Assembly: GCA_963771275.1 (NCBI GenBank)
Contig: CAVYSW010000003.1
Span: 1,811,864-1,875,863, forward strand
Reading direction: 5' to 3'
Length of the DNA stretch: 64,000 bases
DNA from: an uncultured Gemmatimonadales bacterium
GTDB taxonomy: Bacteria > Gemmatimonadota > Gemmatimonadetes > Gemmatimonadales > GWC2-71-9
The notes beneath the pieces are model-generated. The model worked only from the letters and a program-made list of their open reading frames with translations. It did not search any database and was not told where the DNA came from. Of the stretch, positions 38,129 through 48,143 are shown piece by piece. Position 1 is the first letter of the stretch, and each line of letters begins with the position of its first letter. The position numbers and the translations under genes are program-made.

Positions 38129-39513
38129 CGGCGCCCGGGGGCGGCGCGACGCTCATGGTGTCCGTCTCGGGGGTGCGCGGCATCGTCGGCACGGACCTCA
38201 CGCCCGAGCTCGTGGCGCGGTACGCCGCGGCGTTCGGCGCGATCGCCCGCGCCGCGGGACGCCCGGTGGTGGTGCTCGGGCGCGACGCCCGCACGTCGGG
38301 TCCGATGCTCGCCGCCGCCGCCCGCGCGGGGCTGCAAGCGGCGGGCTGCCGGGTCATCGACTGCGGTCTGGTGCCCACGCCCACGGTGCAGCTCGCGGTC
38401 GAGCACCACGGTGCGGGCGGCGGCATCGTCATCACGGCGAGCCACAACCCGATCGAATGGAACGCGCTCAAGTTCGTGGGGTCGGATGGGCTGTTCCTCG
38501 ATGGGGAGGCCGCGGCGCGCTTGTGGGCGGCGGCGGCCGGCGCGATTCCCTACGCGGACTGGGCGGGGCTGGGCGGCCTGACGGAGGATCGCGACGCGGT
38601 GCGGCGGCACCTGGACCGGGTGCTGGACCTGTCCGTCGTCGACGTCGCGGCCATCCGGCGGCGGCGTTACACGGTGGCCCTGGACTGCGTGCGCGGCGCG
38701 GGCGGCACGGTCATGCCGCAGCTGCTCGAGGACCTGGGGTGCGCGGTCGTGGCGATGGACGTGGAGACCGACGGGCGGTTTCCCCGCCCGCCGGAGCCGG
38801 TGCCCGGGAATCTCGGGGGGCTGGGCGATCTCGTGCGGCGCTCGGGCGCCGCCCTCGGCGTGGCCGTCGACCCCGACGTCGATCGGCTGGCGATCGTGGA
38901 CGAGCACGGCACGGCGATCGGCGAGGATTACACGCTCGCGTTCGCCGTCGAGACCGTGCTGCGGCGCGTGCCCGGTCCCGTGGTCGTGAATCTCTCGACG
39001 TCGCTCGTGGTGGACGATGCCGCCCGGCCGTTCGGCGCGACGGTGCAGCGGGCTCCGGTGGGCGAGGCGAACGTCGCGCGGGCGATGCAGGCGGCCGGTG
39101 CGGTCGTGGGCGGTGAGGGGAACGGGGGGGTCATGCTCCCCGCGCTCCACCTCGGGCGCGACGCGCCGCTCGCCGCGGCGCTGGTCCTCGACCTCCTGGC
39201 GTCGGGGACGGCGCCGGTCTCGGGCCGCGTCGCGGCGCGTCCCCGGTACGCGATCGTCAAGGCGAAGGCGCCGCGCGGGTCGGACCTCGCGGGGGCGTAC
39301 GACGCGCTCGAGCGTCGCTTCGCCGATGCGGCCGTGGATCGTCAGGACGGGCTGCGGCTGGCGTGGCCCGACCGTTGGCTGCATGTGCGCCCGTCCGGGA
39401 CCGAGCCGATCGTGCGGCTGATCGCGGAGGCGCCGGGTGCGCGGGCCGCTGAGGACCTGATCGCCGCCGGTCGGGCGGTGTTGGGCCGGATGGCGGGGGA
39501 GGGTGGCGACTGA
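38125..39513 (+). CDS. glmM: Phosphoglucosamine mutase
   Basis: ITASHNP, DPDVDR, GGEGNGG, RPSGTEP; adjacent to glmS. Confidence 0.85.
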   Translation: MTAPGGGATLMVSVSGVRGIVGTDLTPELVARYAAAFGAIARAAGRPVVVLGRDARTSGPMLAAAARAGLQAAGCRVIDCGLVPTPTVQLAVEHHGAGGGIVITASHNPIEWNALKFVGSDGLFLDGEAAARLWAAAAGAIPYADWAGLGGLTEDRDAVRRHLDRVLDLSVVDVAAIRRRRYTVALDCVRGAGGTVMPQLLEDLGCAVVAMDVETDGRFPRPPEPVPGNLGGLGDLVRRSGAALGVAVDPDVDRLAIVDEHGTAIGEDYTLAFAVETVLRRVPGPVVVNLSTSLVVDDAARPFGATVQRAPVGEANVARAMQAAGAVVGGEGNGGVMLPALHLGRDAPLAAALVLDLLASGTAPVSGRVAARPRYAIVKAKAPRGSDLAGAYDALERRFADAAVDRQDGLRLAWPDRWLHVRPSGTEPIVRLIAEAPGARAAEDLIAAGRAVLGRMAGEGGD

Positions 39514-41339
39514 TGTGCGGCATCGTGGGATACGTCGGACCGCGGCAGGCGGGGCCCATCGTGCTCGAGGCGCTGAAGCGCCTGGAATACCGCGGCTACG
39601 ATTCGGCGGGCCTGGCCGTGGTGGACGGCGGGACCCTCACCGTCGAGAAGGCGGTGGGGCACATCGCGGCCCTGGAGCGGCGGCTCGCCGGTCGCGTCCC
39701 GGCCGGACATGTGGCGATCGCGCACACGCGGTGGGCCACGCACGGCGCGCCCAGCGAGGCGAACGCGCATCCCCATACGGACTGCGGCGGCACGATCGCC
39801 CTGGCGCACAACGGCATCATCGAGAACGCCGGCACCCTGCGCGCGCGCCTGGCGGAGCGCGGGCACCGGTTCCGGTCCGAGACCGACACGGAGGTCGTGG
39901 CGCACCTGATCGAGGAGCTGTACCGCGACTCGTTGGCGGACGCCGTGATCGCGGCGCTCCGCTCGATCGAAGGCACGTACGGCCTCGCCGTCGTGTCGAC
40001 GCGCGAGCCCGGGACCATCGTCGCGGCGCGCATGGGCTCGCCGATCCTCATCGGGATCGGCGACGGCGAGCACTTCGTGGCGTCCGACGCGGCGGCCGTG
40101 CTGGACCACACCCGCTCGGTGATCTACCTCGACGACGGTGAGGTCGCGGCCCTGCGCGCCGACGGCTACCGCATCCTCGATCGGGCGACGGCGCCGGTCG
40201 AGAAAGCGATCCGCACCATCGAGTGGGACCTCGGGGTGGTGGAGCGGAGCGGGCACGCGCACTTCATGCTCAAGGAGATCATGGAACAGCCCGAGAGCAT
40301 CGGGAATACGCTGCGCGGCCGCCTGCTCGAAGACTACGGCGGGGCCCACCTGGGCGGGCTCAACCTGTCCGAGGGCGAGCTGCTCGACGTCGATCGCATC
40401 GTGCTCACGGCGTGCGGGACCTCGTGGCACGCCGCGCTGATCGGCGAGTACCTGCTCGAGGAGCTGGCGCGCATCCCGTGCGAAGTCGAGTACGCGTCCG
40501 AGTTCCGCTACCGCAACCCGCTGGTGGACGAGAACACGCTGGTGATCGGCCTTTCGCAGAGCGGCGAGACCGCCGACACGCTGGCGGCCATCCGGGAGGC
40601 GCGGCAGCGGGGCGCGCGCACGGTCGGCATCGTGAACGTGGTCGGCTCGACGATCGCGCAGGAAGTCGACGGGGGCATCTACCTGCATGCCGGGCCCGAG
40701 ATCGGCGTCGCGAGCACCAAGGCGTTCACGTCGCAGGTCGTCGCGCTGGCGCTGCTCACGCTCTACATCGGCCGGCTGCGCGCCCTGTCGGTCCTGCAGG
40801 GCCGGGAGCTGGTCCGGGCGCTGCGGCGGCTGCCGGAGCAGGTCGCGCAGGTGCTGGCGCGGGCGCCCGAGGTGCAGGACATCGCCGAGCGGTTCGTGCG
40901 GGCGCCCAACGCGCTGTATCTCGGTCGCGGCTACAACTTCCCGGTCGCGCTCGAGGGCGCGCTGAAGCTGAAGGAGATCTCCTACATCCACGCGGAAGGC
41001 TACCCCGCCGCGGAGATGAAGCACGGCCCGATCGCGCTGATCGACGACATGATGCCGGTGGTGGTGGTGGCCCCGCGCGACGGCACCTACCAGAAGATCG
41101 TGTCCAACGTGCAGGAGGTGAAGGCGCGCGGCGGGCACGTGATCGCGGTGGTCACCGAAGGAGATGACGAGATCACCCGCCTGGCGGACCACGTGATCGC
41201 GATCCCCGAGACGCTCGATCCCCTGACCCCGATCCTGACCGTCCTGCCGCTGCAGATGCTGGCGTACGACATCGCCGTGCGGCGGGGCTGCAACGTGGAC
41301 AAGCCAAGAAACCTGGCGAAATCCGTCACCGTCGAATGA
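39513..41339 (+). CDS. glmS: Glutamine-fructose-6-phosphate transaminase
   Basis: [34 protein letters not shown]. Confidence 0.97.
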   Translation: MCGIVGYVGPRQAGPIVLEALKRLEYRGYDSAGLAVVDGGTLTVEKAVGHIAALERRLAGRVPAGHVAIAHTRWATHGAPSEANAHPHTDCGGTIALAHNGIIENAGTLRARLAERGHRFRSETDTEVVAHLIEELYRDSLADAVIAALRSIEGTYGLAVVSTREPGTIVAARMGSPILIGIGDGEHFVASDAAAVLDHTRSVIYLDDGEVAALRADGYRILDRATAPVEKAIRTIEWDLGVVERSGHAHFMLKEIMEQPESIGNTLRGRLLEDYGGAHLGGLNLSEGELLDVDRIVLTACGTSWHAALIGEYLLEELARIPCEVEYASEFRYRNPLVDENTLVIGLSQSGETADTLAAIREARQRGARTVGIVNVVGSTIAQEVDGGIYLHAGPEIGVASTKAFTSQVVALALLTLYIGRLRALSVLQGRELVRALRRLPEQVAQVLARAPEVQDIAERFVRAPNALYLGRGYNFPVALEGALKLKEISYIHAEGYPAAEMKHGPIALIDDMMPVVVVAPRDGTYQKIVSNVQEVKARGGHVIAVVTEGDDEITRLADHVIAIPETLDPLTPILTVLPLQMLAYDIAVRRGCNVDKPRNLAKSVTVE

Positions 41340-41773
41340 GGGTCGTGCTCCAGCGCGTCGCCCGCGCCGTTGTAAGGGTGGACGGGCGGGTCGTGGGCGA
41401 GATCGAGCGCGGCTTCCTCGTGCTGGCCGGCTTTACGGCCGGTGACACCGACGACACGGTGGCGTGGATGGCGGAGAAGATCGCCGGCCTCAGGGTGTTC
41501 CCGGACGACGAGGGCAAGATGAACCGCGCGCTGGACGAGATCGGCGGGGCCGCGCTCGTGGTCTCGCAGTTCACCCTCTACGGCGACGCCCGCAAGGGGC
41601 GGCGGCCCTCGTTCGTCGACGCCGCGCCGCCGGCCGTGGCCGAGCCGCTGTACGAGGGCCTCGCCGACGCGCTTACCGCGCGCGGCATCCCCGTGGCGCG
41701 CGGCGTGTTCGGCGCGGTGATGGCCGTCGAGCTGGTGAACGACGGGCCCGTCACGCTGATCCTCGAGCGATGA
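41336..41773 (+). CDS. dtd: D-aminoacyl-tRNA deacylase
   Basis: QRV, SQFTL, GRRPSF, NDGPVT. Confidence 0.95.
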   Translation: MRVVLQRVARAVVRVDGRVVGEIERGFLVLAGFTAGDTDDTVAWMAEKIAGLRVFPDDEGKMNRALDEIGGAALVVSQFTLYGDARKGRRPSFVDAAPPAVAEPLYEGLADALTARGIPVARGVFGAVMAVELVNDGPVTLILER

Positions 41774-42342
41774 TCGTGCTCGCGTCCGGCTCCCCGCGCC
41801 GGACTCAGCTCCTCACCATGCTGGGAATCGCCCACGAGGTGGATCCGGCGCACGTGGACGAGACGGCGTTGCCCGGCGAGGCCCCGGTGGCGATGGCCGC
41901 GCGGCTGGCACGGACCAAGGCGCTCGAGGTCGCGACCCGCCATCCGGGCCGCGACGTGCTCGCCGCCGACACCGTCGTCGTGCTCGACGGCAGGATCCTC
42001 GGCAAGCCGGCGTCGCCGGCGGACGCGGAGCGCATGCTCGGGCGGCTCGCGGGGCGGGAGCACCGGGTCGTCACGGCGGTGGCGGTCGCGCGCGACGGGC
42101 GCGTGTGGGAGCGGTACGACGAGACGAGCGTGTGGTTCCGACCGCTGGACGACGAGACGATCCGCACGTACGTGGCGACCGGCGAGCCGCTCGACAAGGC
42201 GGGCGCCTACGGGCTGCAGGGACTGGGCGCGGTCCTGGTGGAGCGGATCGCGGGGGACTGCTTCGGCGTGATCGGGCTGCCGCTCCGCCTGGTGGTGGAC
42301 CTGCTGGCGGAAGCGGGGCGTCCCTATCGCTTCACGCGGTAG
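41770..42342 (+). CDS. maf: Maf family nucleotide pyrophosphatase
   Basis: LAS.SPRR, ADTVV, GKP, DKAGAYG.QG. Confidence 0.92.
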   Translation: MIVLASGSPRRTQLLTMLGIAHEVDPAHVDETALPGEAPVAMAARLARTKALEVATRHPGRDVLAADTVVVLDGRILGKPASPADAERMLGRLAGREHRVVTAVAVARDGRVWERYDETSVWFRPLDDETIRTYVATGEPLDKAGAYGLQGLGAVLVERIAGDCFGVIGLPLRLVVDLLAEAGRPYRFTR

Positions 42343-43931
42343 ACCGGGACGGCCTTCGCCTTGCCCTTGAGCTCGATCGGGTCGAGGGCCTCGAGCGGCG
42401 GGAGCGTCCGCAGCGCCCGCATGAACGGCTCCGAGATCAGGATGTCGCCGGGGCCGGCCTTGGAGCAGAGGCGCGACGCGACGTTCACCGCGTCGCCGAT
42501 CACCGTGTACTCCAGCCGCTGCTCGCTCCCGATGTTGCCGGCGAACACCTCGCCGAAGTTGATCCCGATGCCGATCTCGACCCGCTCCCGCCCCTCGGTC
42601 TCCCACTTGGCGTTGAGCCGGCCGAGCAGCTGCTGCATCTCGAGCGCCGCGCGCATCGCCCGCTCGGCGTCGTCCTCGTGGGCGATCGGCGCGCCCCACA
42701 GCGCCATGATCGCGTCTCCCATGAACTTGTCGAGCGTCCCGCCGTGCTTGAACACGATCTCCACCATCTCGGTGAAGTACTCGGTGAGCAGGTGCGCGAT
42801 CTCGTCCGGCAGCATCCGCTCCGACATCGGCGTGAAGCCCCGGATGTCGCTGAAGAAGACCACCACCGGCCGCTTCGCGCCGCCGAGCTGCACGACGCCT
42901 TCCTGACTCGCGATCTGCTGGGCCACGTTCGGGGCGAAGTAGCGCTGGAAGTTGGACAGCACCACGGCCTCGCGCCGCACCCGCTCGGTGAGCTGGCCGT
43001 TCTCGATCGCCACGGCCGCGATCCCGGAGAACGCGATCAGGAAGTCGAGGTCCTCGTCGGTGAAGGAGTTCGTGGCGGACAGGTTGTCCACGTAGATGAT
43101 GCCGAGGACCTTCGCCTCGCGGCCCATCAGAGGTGCGCACATCGCGCTCCGCACGCTCTGCATCACGATCGACTTGCCCTTGAATCGCTCGTCGGTGGCC
43201 GCGTTGTCCGTGAGGATCGCGAGGCGCTCCTCGACGGCCTTCTGCGCGATGGAGCGGGGCACGTGCCGGCTGCCGCCGCCGGCGCCGCCGTCGGCGAGCC
43301 GCGTGCGCGACACCCGGGGGATCAGCTCGCGGGAGCTCGGCTCGACCATCAGGATCGAGACGCGGTCGACGTTCATCACCTGGAACGTGATGTCCACCAC
43401 CTTGTTGAGCAGCTTGTCCACGTCCTGGTGGCGGGACAGTTCCTTGGAGATGTCGAGCAGCACCGAGAGCCCGCGCGCGCGGCGCTCCTCGAGCGACGCG
43501 CCTGCGACCTTGAGCGGCGCGGCCCCGCTCGGTCGCTGGCCGGTGGCCAGCGGCGTGTCGGTGACCGGCACGCGGCGCACGATCGTGGCGCCCGGGGGCG
43601 CGGCGGTGAACGACGGCTCGATGGCGGGCTGCGCCGCGGCCGGCGTCACCTCCCGCACGTGGAACGCGACCTTCCCGAACGTGACGACGTCGCCGTCGAC
43701 GGCGAGGGCCTCGGTGATGCGCGAGCCGTTGAGGAACGTCCCGTTGCTGGAGCCGAGGTCCCGGATCTGCACACCGTTCGGCGCCAGAGCGATCTCGGCG
43801 TGCCGCCGCGAGATCGTCGGGTCGTAGATCGGGACGTCGCTGGTGGCGGCGCGGCCGACCAGGACCGCCACGCCGACGGACAGATCGACCGTCTGGGTGC
43901 CGGTCGTCGCGAACAGCTTGAAGGCTCTCAC
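42324..43931 (-). CDS. FHA-GAF-adenylate/guanylate cyclase
   Basis: GR...[14 protein letters not shown] (FHA); SAMCAPL (GAF); [26 protein letters not shown]. Confidence 0.9.
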   Translation of the reverse strand: MRAFKLFATTGTQTVDLSVGVAVLVGRAATSDVPIYDPTISRRHAEIALAPNGVQIRDLGSSNGTFLNGSRITEALAVDGDVVTFGKVAFHVREVTPAAAQPAIEPSFTAAPPGATIVRRVPVTDTPLATGQRPSGAAPLKVAGASLEERRARGLSVLLDISKELSRHQDVDKLLNKVVDITFQVMNVDRVSILMVEPSSRELIPRVSRTRLADGGAGGGSRHVPRSIAQKAVEERLAILTDNAATDERFKGKSIVMQSVRSAMCAPLMGREAKVLGIIYVDNLSATNSFTDEDLDFLIAFSGIAAVAIENGQLTERVRREAVVLSNFQRYFAPNVAQQIASQEGVVQLGGAKRPVVVFFSDIRGFTPMSERMLPDEIAHLLTEYFTEMVEIVFKHGGTLDKFMGDAIMALWGAPIAHEDDAERAMRAALEMQQLLGRLNAKWETEGRERVEIGIGINFGEVFAGNIGSEQRLEYTVIGDAVNVASRLCSKAGPGDILISEPFMRALRTLPPLEALDPIELKGKAKAVPVYRVKR

Positions 43932-45464
43932 GCGGGTCTCGCTCGGGCGGGGAATATATCCGCCGAGGGGCCGCCCTGCGACGCCATGGCGATCGCGGTC
44001 AGCACCGCCCGCGCCTTGCTCTCCGTTTCCGCGAGCTCGCGCTCCGGGTCGCTGTCGGCCACGATCCCGGCGCCGGCCTGGACGTGCGCCCGGCCGCCCC
44101 GCAGCACGGCGGTGCGGATCGTGATGGCCGCGTCCAGCGCCTCGGCCCCCCAGCCGAGGTACCCCACCGCGCCGGCGTAGGGACCGCGGCGGACGGGCTC
44201 GAGCGCGTCGAGCAGCTGCATCGCGCGGACCTTGGGCGCGCCGGTCACCGTGCCGGCGGGGAAGCACGCGCGAAGCGCGTGCTCGGCGTCGCAGCCGGGA
44301 CGCAGCCGCCCGCGCACCTCGCTCACCAGGTGCTGGACGTGCGAGTAACGCTCCAGCACGCGGTCGGCGGACAGCCGCACCGAGCCGAACTCGGCGACCC
44401 GGCCCACGTCGTTCCGGCCCAGGTCCACCAGCATGGCATGCTCGGCCAGCTCCTTGGGATCGGCCCGCAGCGCCGCGGCGAGCGTCGGCGTCCTCGGCCG
44501 GCGTCGCCCCGCGCGGCCGCGTCCCGGCAATCGGGCGGACCGTGATGTCGCGATCCTCGACCCGGACGAGCACCTCCGGCGAGCTGCCGACGATGGCGAG
44601 GTCCTCCAGCGCCAGGTGGTACAGGTACGGCGCCGGGTTCAGCAGGCGGAGCGCGCGGTACACCTCGAACGGCGCAGCCGGGCACGCGACGTCCTGGCGG
44701 CGCGACAGCACGCCCTGGAAGATGTCGCCGGCGCGGATGTGCCGCTGCACCGCGGCGACATCATGCAGGAACCGCTCCGCGGGATACGATGTGTCGGGGG
44801 TCGGCACCACCGGCGGGCGCAGCGCGAGCGGCGCGAGGCGGGTCGGCTCGTCCAAGCGCCGCAGCAGCGCCGCGATCCGCTCCGACGCGGCGTCGTAGGC
44901 GCGCCGGATCGCGGCCGCCGAGCCGTCGCGCGGCGGCGGGCAGCTCGACACGATGATCGCCCGCCCGAACGCGTTGTCGAAGATGACGACCGTGTCGGCC
45001 AGCATGAATACCGCGTCCGGCAGGCCGAGATCGTCGGGCGGGGGATCGGGCAGCCGCTCGATGGTGCGCACGACGTCGTAGGCGAGATAGCCCACCGCGC
45101 CGCCGGTGAAGCGGGGGAGGCCGGCGAGCGGGGTCGCCCGCCGGGCGCGGAGCTCGGTTGCGAGATGGCCGATCGGATCCGGCGCCGGCCCCGCCGGCTC
45201 CCATCCCGCTTCGCGCGTCCACCGCTCGACCCGCCCGGCGCGATAGCGCCACACCAGGCCGGGCTCCGTGCCGAGGAACGTGTAGCGCGCCCAGCGCTCG
45301 CCCCCCACCAGCGACTCGAGCAGGAACCCGAACGGCGGCCGGTGCAGCGCCGCGAAGGCCGCCACCGGCGTCAGCGCGTCGGCGCTGAACTCGCGGGCGA
45401 CCGCGGCGACCCGCCCCGCGCGCGCGGCGGCGCGGAACTCCTCGTACGACGTGTCGCGAATCAC
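43928..45464 (-). CDS. trpE: Anthranilate synthase component I (one-base frameshift near 44486)
   Basis: [62 protein letters not shown] continue in the shifted frame. Confidence 0.88.
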
Positions 45465-46060
45465 CGCGCGGCGGCGAGCACGAACTCCCCGGGCGCATCG
45501 ATCGCGGCGCCGATCTCGTCGACCCCGGCAGGAGACGAGCCGCGCGCGATCCGCCAGCGGCCGAGCGTGACCTCCTGCCAGACGTCGAGCGCGGCCAGAT
45601 AGGCCTGCCGGTCTGCGAAGCTCGCGATCGTATCGGCGACGCTCGGGTCGGCGTAGCGGGCGAACGAGAACGTCACGGACGGCGTGCCCCCGAGCGTGAA
45701 CACGAGGCCGCTCGGCGAGAGCGTGAACCCGTATCCGTCCGGCCTGGGCTCCACCGTGACGAGCAGCGAGTCGGTCACGCTGAGCGGGGTGCCGTTGAGC
45801 GACGACAGGCAGCCCGCCGGGAACTGCAGCTCGATGTACGGCGTGCTGAAGGCGTCCGCGTGGCGAATGGTCTGGAAGACGGGCTTGCCGTTGTAGGCGT
45901 AGAACGTCACAGGGAGCGGCGTGGGCGCGTTCGCCGCGAGCGGCAACACCACGAGGTCGCTCGTCGGCACGGTCGTATCGCCCGGCGGGCCCACCTCCTG
46001 GCAGGCGACGAGCGCCGCGACAGCGAGCGCGCTTGCTGCCGCGACCAGGCGCCGTGATAT
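45461..46060 (-). CDS. Putative lipoprotein (start codon not identifiable)
   Basis: SRRLVAAASALAVAALVA-C lipobox, beta-rich body; stop overlaps the trpE start. Confidence 0.55.
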   Translation of the reverse strand: MSRRLVAAASALAVAALVACQEVGPPGDTTVPTSDLVVLPLAANAPTPLPVTFYAYNGKPVFQTIRHADAFSTPYIELQFPAGCLSSLNGTPLSVTDSLLVTVEPRPDGYGFTLSPSGLVFTLGGTPSVTFSFARYADPSVADTIASFADRQAYLAALDVWQEVTLGRWRIARGSSPAGVDEIGAAIDAPGEFVLAAAR

Positions 46061-46069
46061 TCCGCCGCG

Positions 46070-48094
46070 ATGCCCCGTCCGCTCGCGCTCGCCGCGCTTC
46101 TGGTCCTCGCGCCCTGCGGTGCGCTCTCCGCCCAGACCTGGAACGACAGCGCGACGCGCGCGCTCGTGGCCCGCGGCATGATGCGGCGCAGCGAGGCGGC
46201 GAGCGGGCTCACGGACTACCGGGCGCGGGCACATGGGTTCGTGTTCTTCCTGGCGCAGCTCGGGGACGAGGGCCTCAGCGAGGCTCCGCGGCTGATCCGG
46301 TCGGATCAGCTCGAGCTGGAAGTCTACTGGAAGGCGCCGGGTGCCAGCAAGCAACGCATCATCGGCTGGCGCGACCGTGTCGATCTCCCCACCGACATTC
46401 AGTACCATCGCGATCACCTCGGCATCGTCCAGAACGGGTTCGGCGACCGGATCCGGCTGGGCGAGGGCGATGAAGTGCGGGACGTGCCCCACCCGCTGGC
46501 CCCGGACGGCTTCGCCAATTACGACTACGCGCTGGCCGATTCGCTCACCATCGGCCTGCCGGGGCGGTCGATTCGCGTCCACGAGGTCGCGTTCCGTCCC
46601 CGGGACTTCGCCCTGCCGCGCATCGTCGGCAGTCTCTACCTGGACGCCGACGGCGGCGAGCTGGTGCAGCTCCGGTTCAGCTTCACCCGCGCCGCCTACC
46701 GGGACGAGAGCCTGGAGGACATCACCATCTTCCTCGAAAACGGCCTGTGGGACGCGCGCTACTGGCTCCCCCGGCGCCAGGAGATCGAGATCCGGCGGCG
46801 CACGACCTGGCTCGACGTGCCCGCCCGCGGCATCATCCGCGGCCGCTGGGAGATCGACGACTACGCGCTCAATCAGGAGATCCCGGACCGCACGTTCCTC
46901 GGCCCGGAGATCATCGCGATCCCGACGGCCCGCGATTCGTTCCCCTGGAAGGAGCCGATCGGCGCGGCGATCGATGACGTCCTCGGGCCGCAGCGAGCCC
47001 TCCGCATGGACGAGCTGCGGGACGAGGTGCGCCACCTCGCCGCCGGCCGCTCGCTCTCGGGGCTCAGGACCGCGGGGCTGTCCCTCCGGTCGTTTTCCGA
47101 GCTGCTGCACGTGAACCGGGTGGAAGGGCTGGCGACCGGACTCGGCGGCTTCGTCCGGCCGGGCGGGGGTCGCCTGGCGCTCCGCGGCTGGCTGTCGTTC
47201 GGCTTCTCCGACGAGCGGCTGAAAGGAGGAATCCAGTGGCGGCACCAGGGGGACCGATGGTGGGTCGGCGGCGTCGCAGCCCGCGAAGTGCGTGACCTCG
47301 GCGATGAGCCGGTGATCTCTCCGATCGTGAACTCGGTGCTGGCGCAGGAGCTGGGGTACGATTTCGGCGACTACGTGCGGCTCGACCGGTTCGAGGTCGA
47401 GCTGGGGAGCCGCGCCGTGGCCCTGCGCGTCGGCTACCACCGCACGGCGGCGCTCCCGGTGACCGCCGCGCCGGCGGCCGGGTCGTATCGTCCCAATCCG
47501 CCCCTGGGCTCGGGCGGCTGGGTCGTTGGGGCGCTCGAGGTCCGGGATCGCGGGGCCGGCGCAGCGGTGGGTGCTCGGGCGCACGGCTCGCTGGCGCTCG
47601 AGACGGGCGTCCGGGCCGACAGCGCGTACGCCCGCGTGCGGGCAGCGGGGCAGATGGTCGTGCCGACCGGCGCGGGGGCGCTGGGACTCGACGCGTGGGC
47701 CGGCTGGGGGTCGCCCCGCCTCGCGCCCCACCGGGCCTTCGTGCTGGGCGGCCGCGGCACGCTCGTGGGCGAGCCGTTCCGCGCCTGGGGCGGGCGGGCC
47801 GCGGCATGGGCGCGCGTCGCCTGGCGGGTGCCGCTTCCGTTCCCCGCGATCCCGCTCGGTCCCTACGCGTCGACGGGCCAGCAGCTGGTCGTGGCGCCGT
47901 ACGTGGCGGCCGGGTGGGCCGGGATGCCGCTCGACGGCCTGCCGTGGCGCGCCAGCGACGGCGTGCGGCCCGAGATCGGTCTCGCGCTCGAGCTGTTCCA
48001 CCGCCTGCTGCGCGTTGACGCCGGCTGGGGGATCCGCGCGCGGCGCGTCGGCGTCTCGGTGGACCTGCGGCGGGAGCTGTGGCCGCTGCTGTAG
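46070..48094 (+). CDS. Secreted/outer-membrane protein with C-terminal beta-barrel-like region
   Basis: Signal peptide; NRVEGL.TG motif, aromatic beta strands. Confidence 0.6.
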   Translation: MPRPLALAALLVLAPCGALSAQTWNDSATRALVARGMMRRSEAASGLTDYRARAHGFVFFLAQLGDEGLSEAPRLIRSDQLELEVYWKAPGASKQRIIGWRDRVDLPTDIQYHRDHLGIVQNGFGDRIRLGEGDEVRDVPHPLAPDGFANYDYALADSLTIGLPGRSIRVHEVAFRPRDFALPRIVGSLYLDADGGELVQLRFSFTRAAYRDESLEDITIFLENGLWDARYWLPRRQEIEIRRRTTWLDVPARGIIRGRWEIDDYALNQEIPDRTFLGPEIIAIPTARDSFPWKEPIGAAIDDVLGPQRALRMDELRDEVRHLAAGRSLSGLRTAGLSLRSFSELLHVNRVEGLATGLGGFVRPGGGRLALRGWLSFGFSDERLKGGIQWRHQGDRWWVGGVAAREVRDLGDEPVISPIVNSVLAQELGYDFGDYVRLDRFEVELGSRAVALRVGYHRTAALPVTAAPAAGSYRPNPPLGSGGWVVGALEVRDRGAGAAVGARAHGSLALETGVRADSAYARVRAAGQMVVPTGAGALGLDAWAGWGSPRLAPHRAFVLGGRGTLVGEPFRAWGGRAAAWARVAWRVPLPFPAIPLGPYASTGQQLVVAPYVAAGWAGMPLDGLPWRASDGVRPEIGLALELFHRLLRVDAGWGIRARRVGVSVDLRRELWPLL

Positions 48095-48143
48095 CCGCCC
48101 GGTGGCTCCACGCATCCTCCGCCGTTATTATGGAGTGACACGC

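Noticed and set aside
42324..45464. Apparent 1046-aa TrpE-FHA-GAF-cyclase fusion
   Set aside because: Created by a one-base frameshift near 44486. The TrpE C-terminus is intact in another frame and ends at 43928, overlapping the cyclase's own GTG start.
45461..48115. 884-aa minus-strand ORF and many other long antisense ORFs (e.g. 3646-6588, 35660-38068)
   Set aside because: Stop-poor shadow frames of real genes in high-GC DNA; only the lipoprotein-like last 200 codons look genuine.
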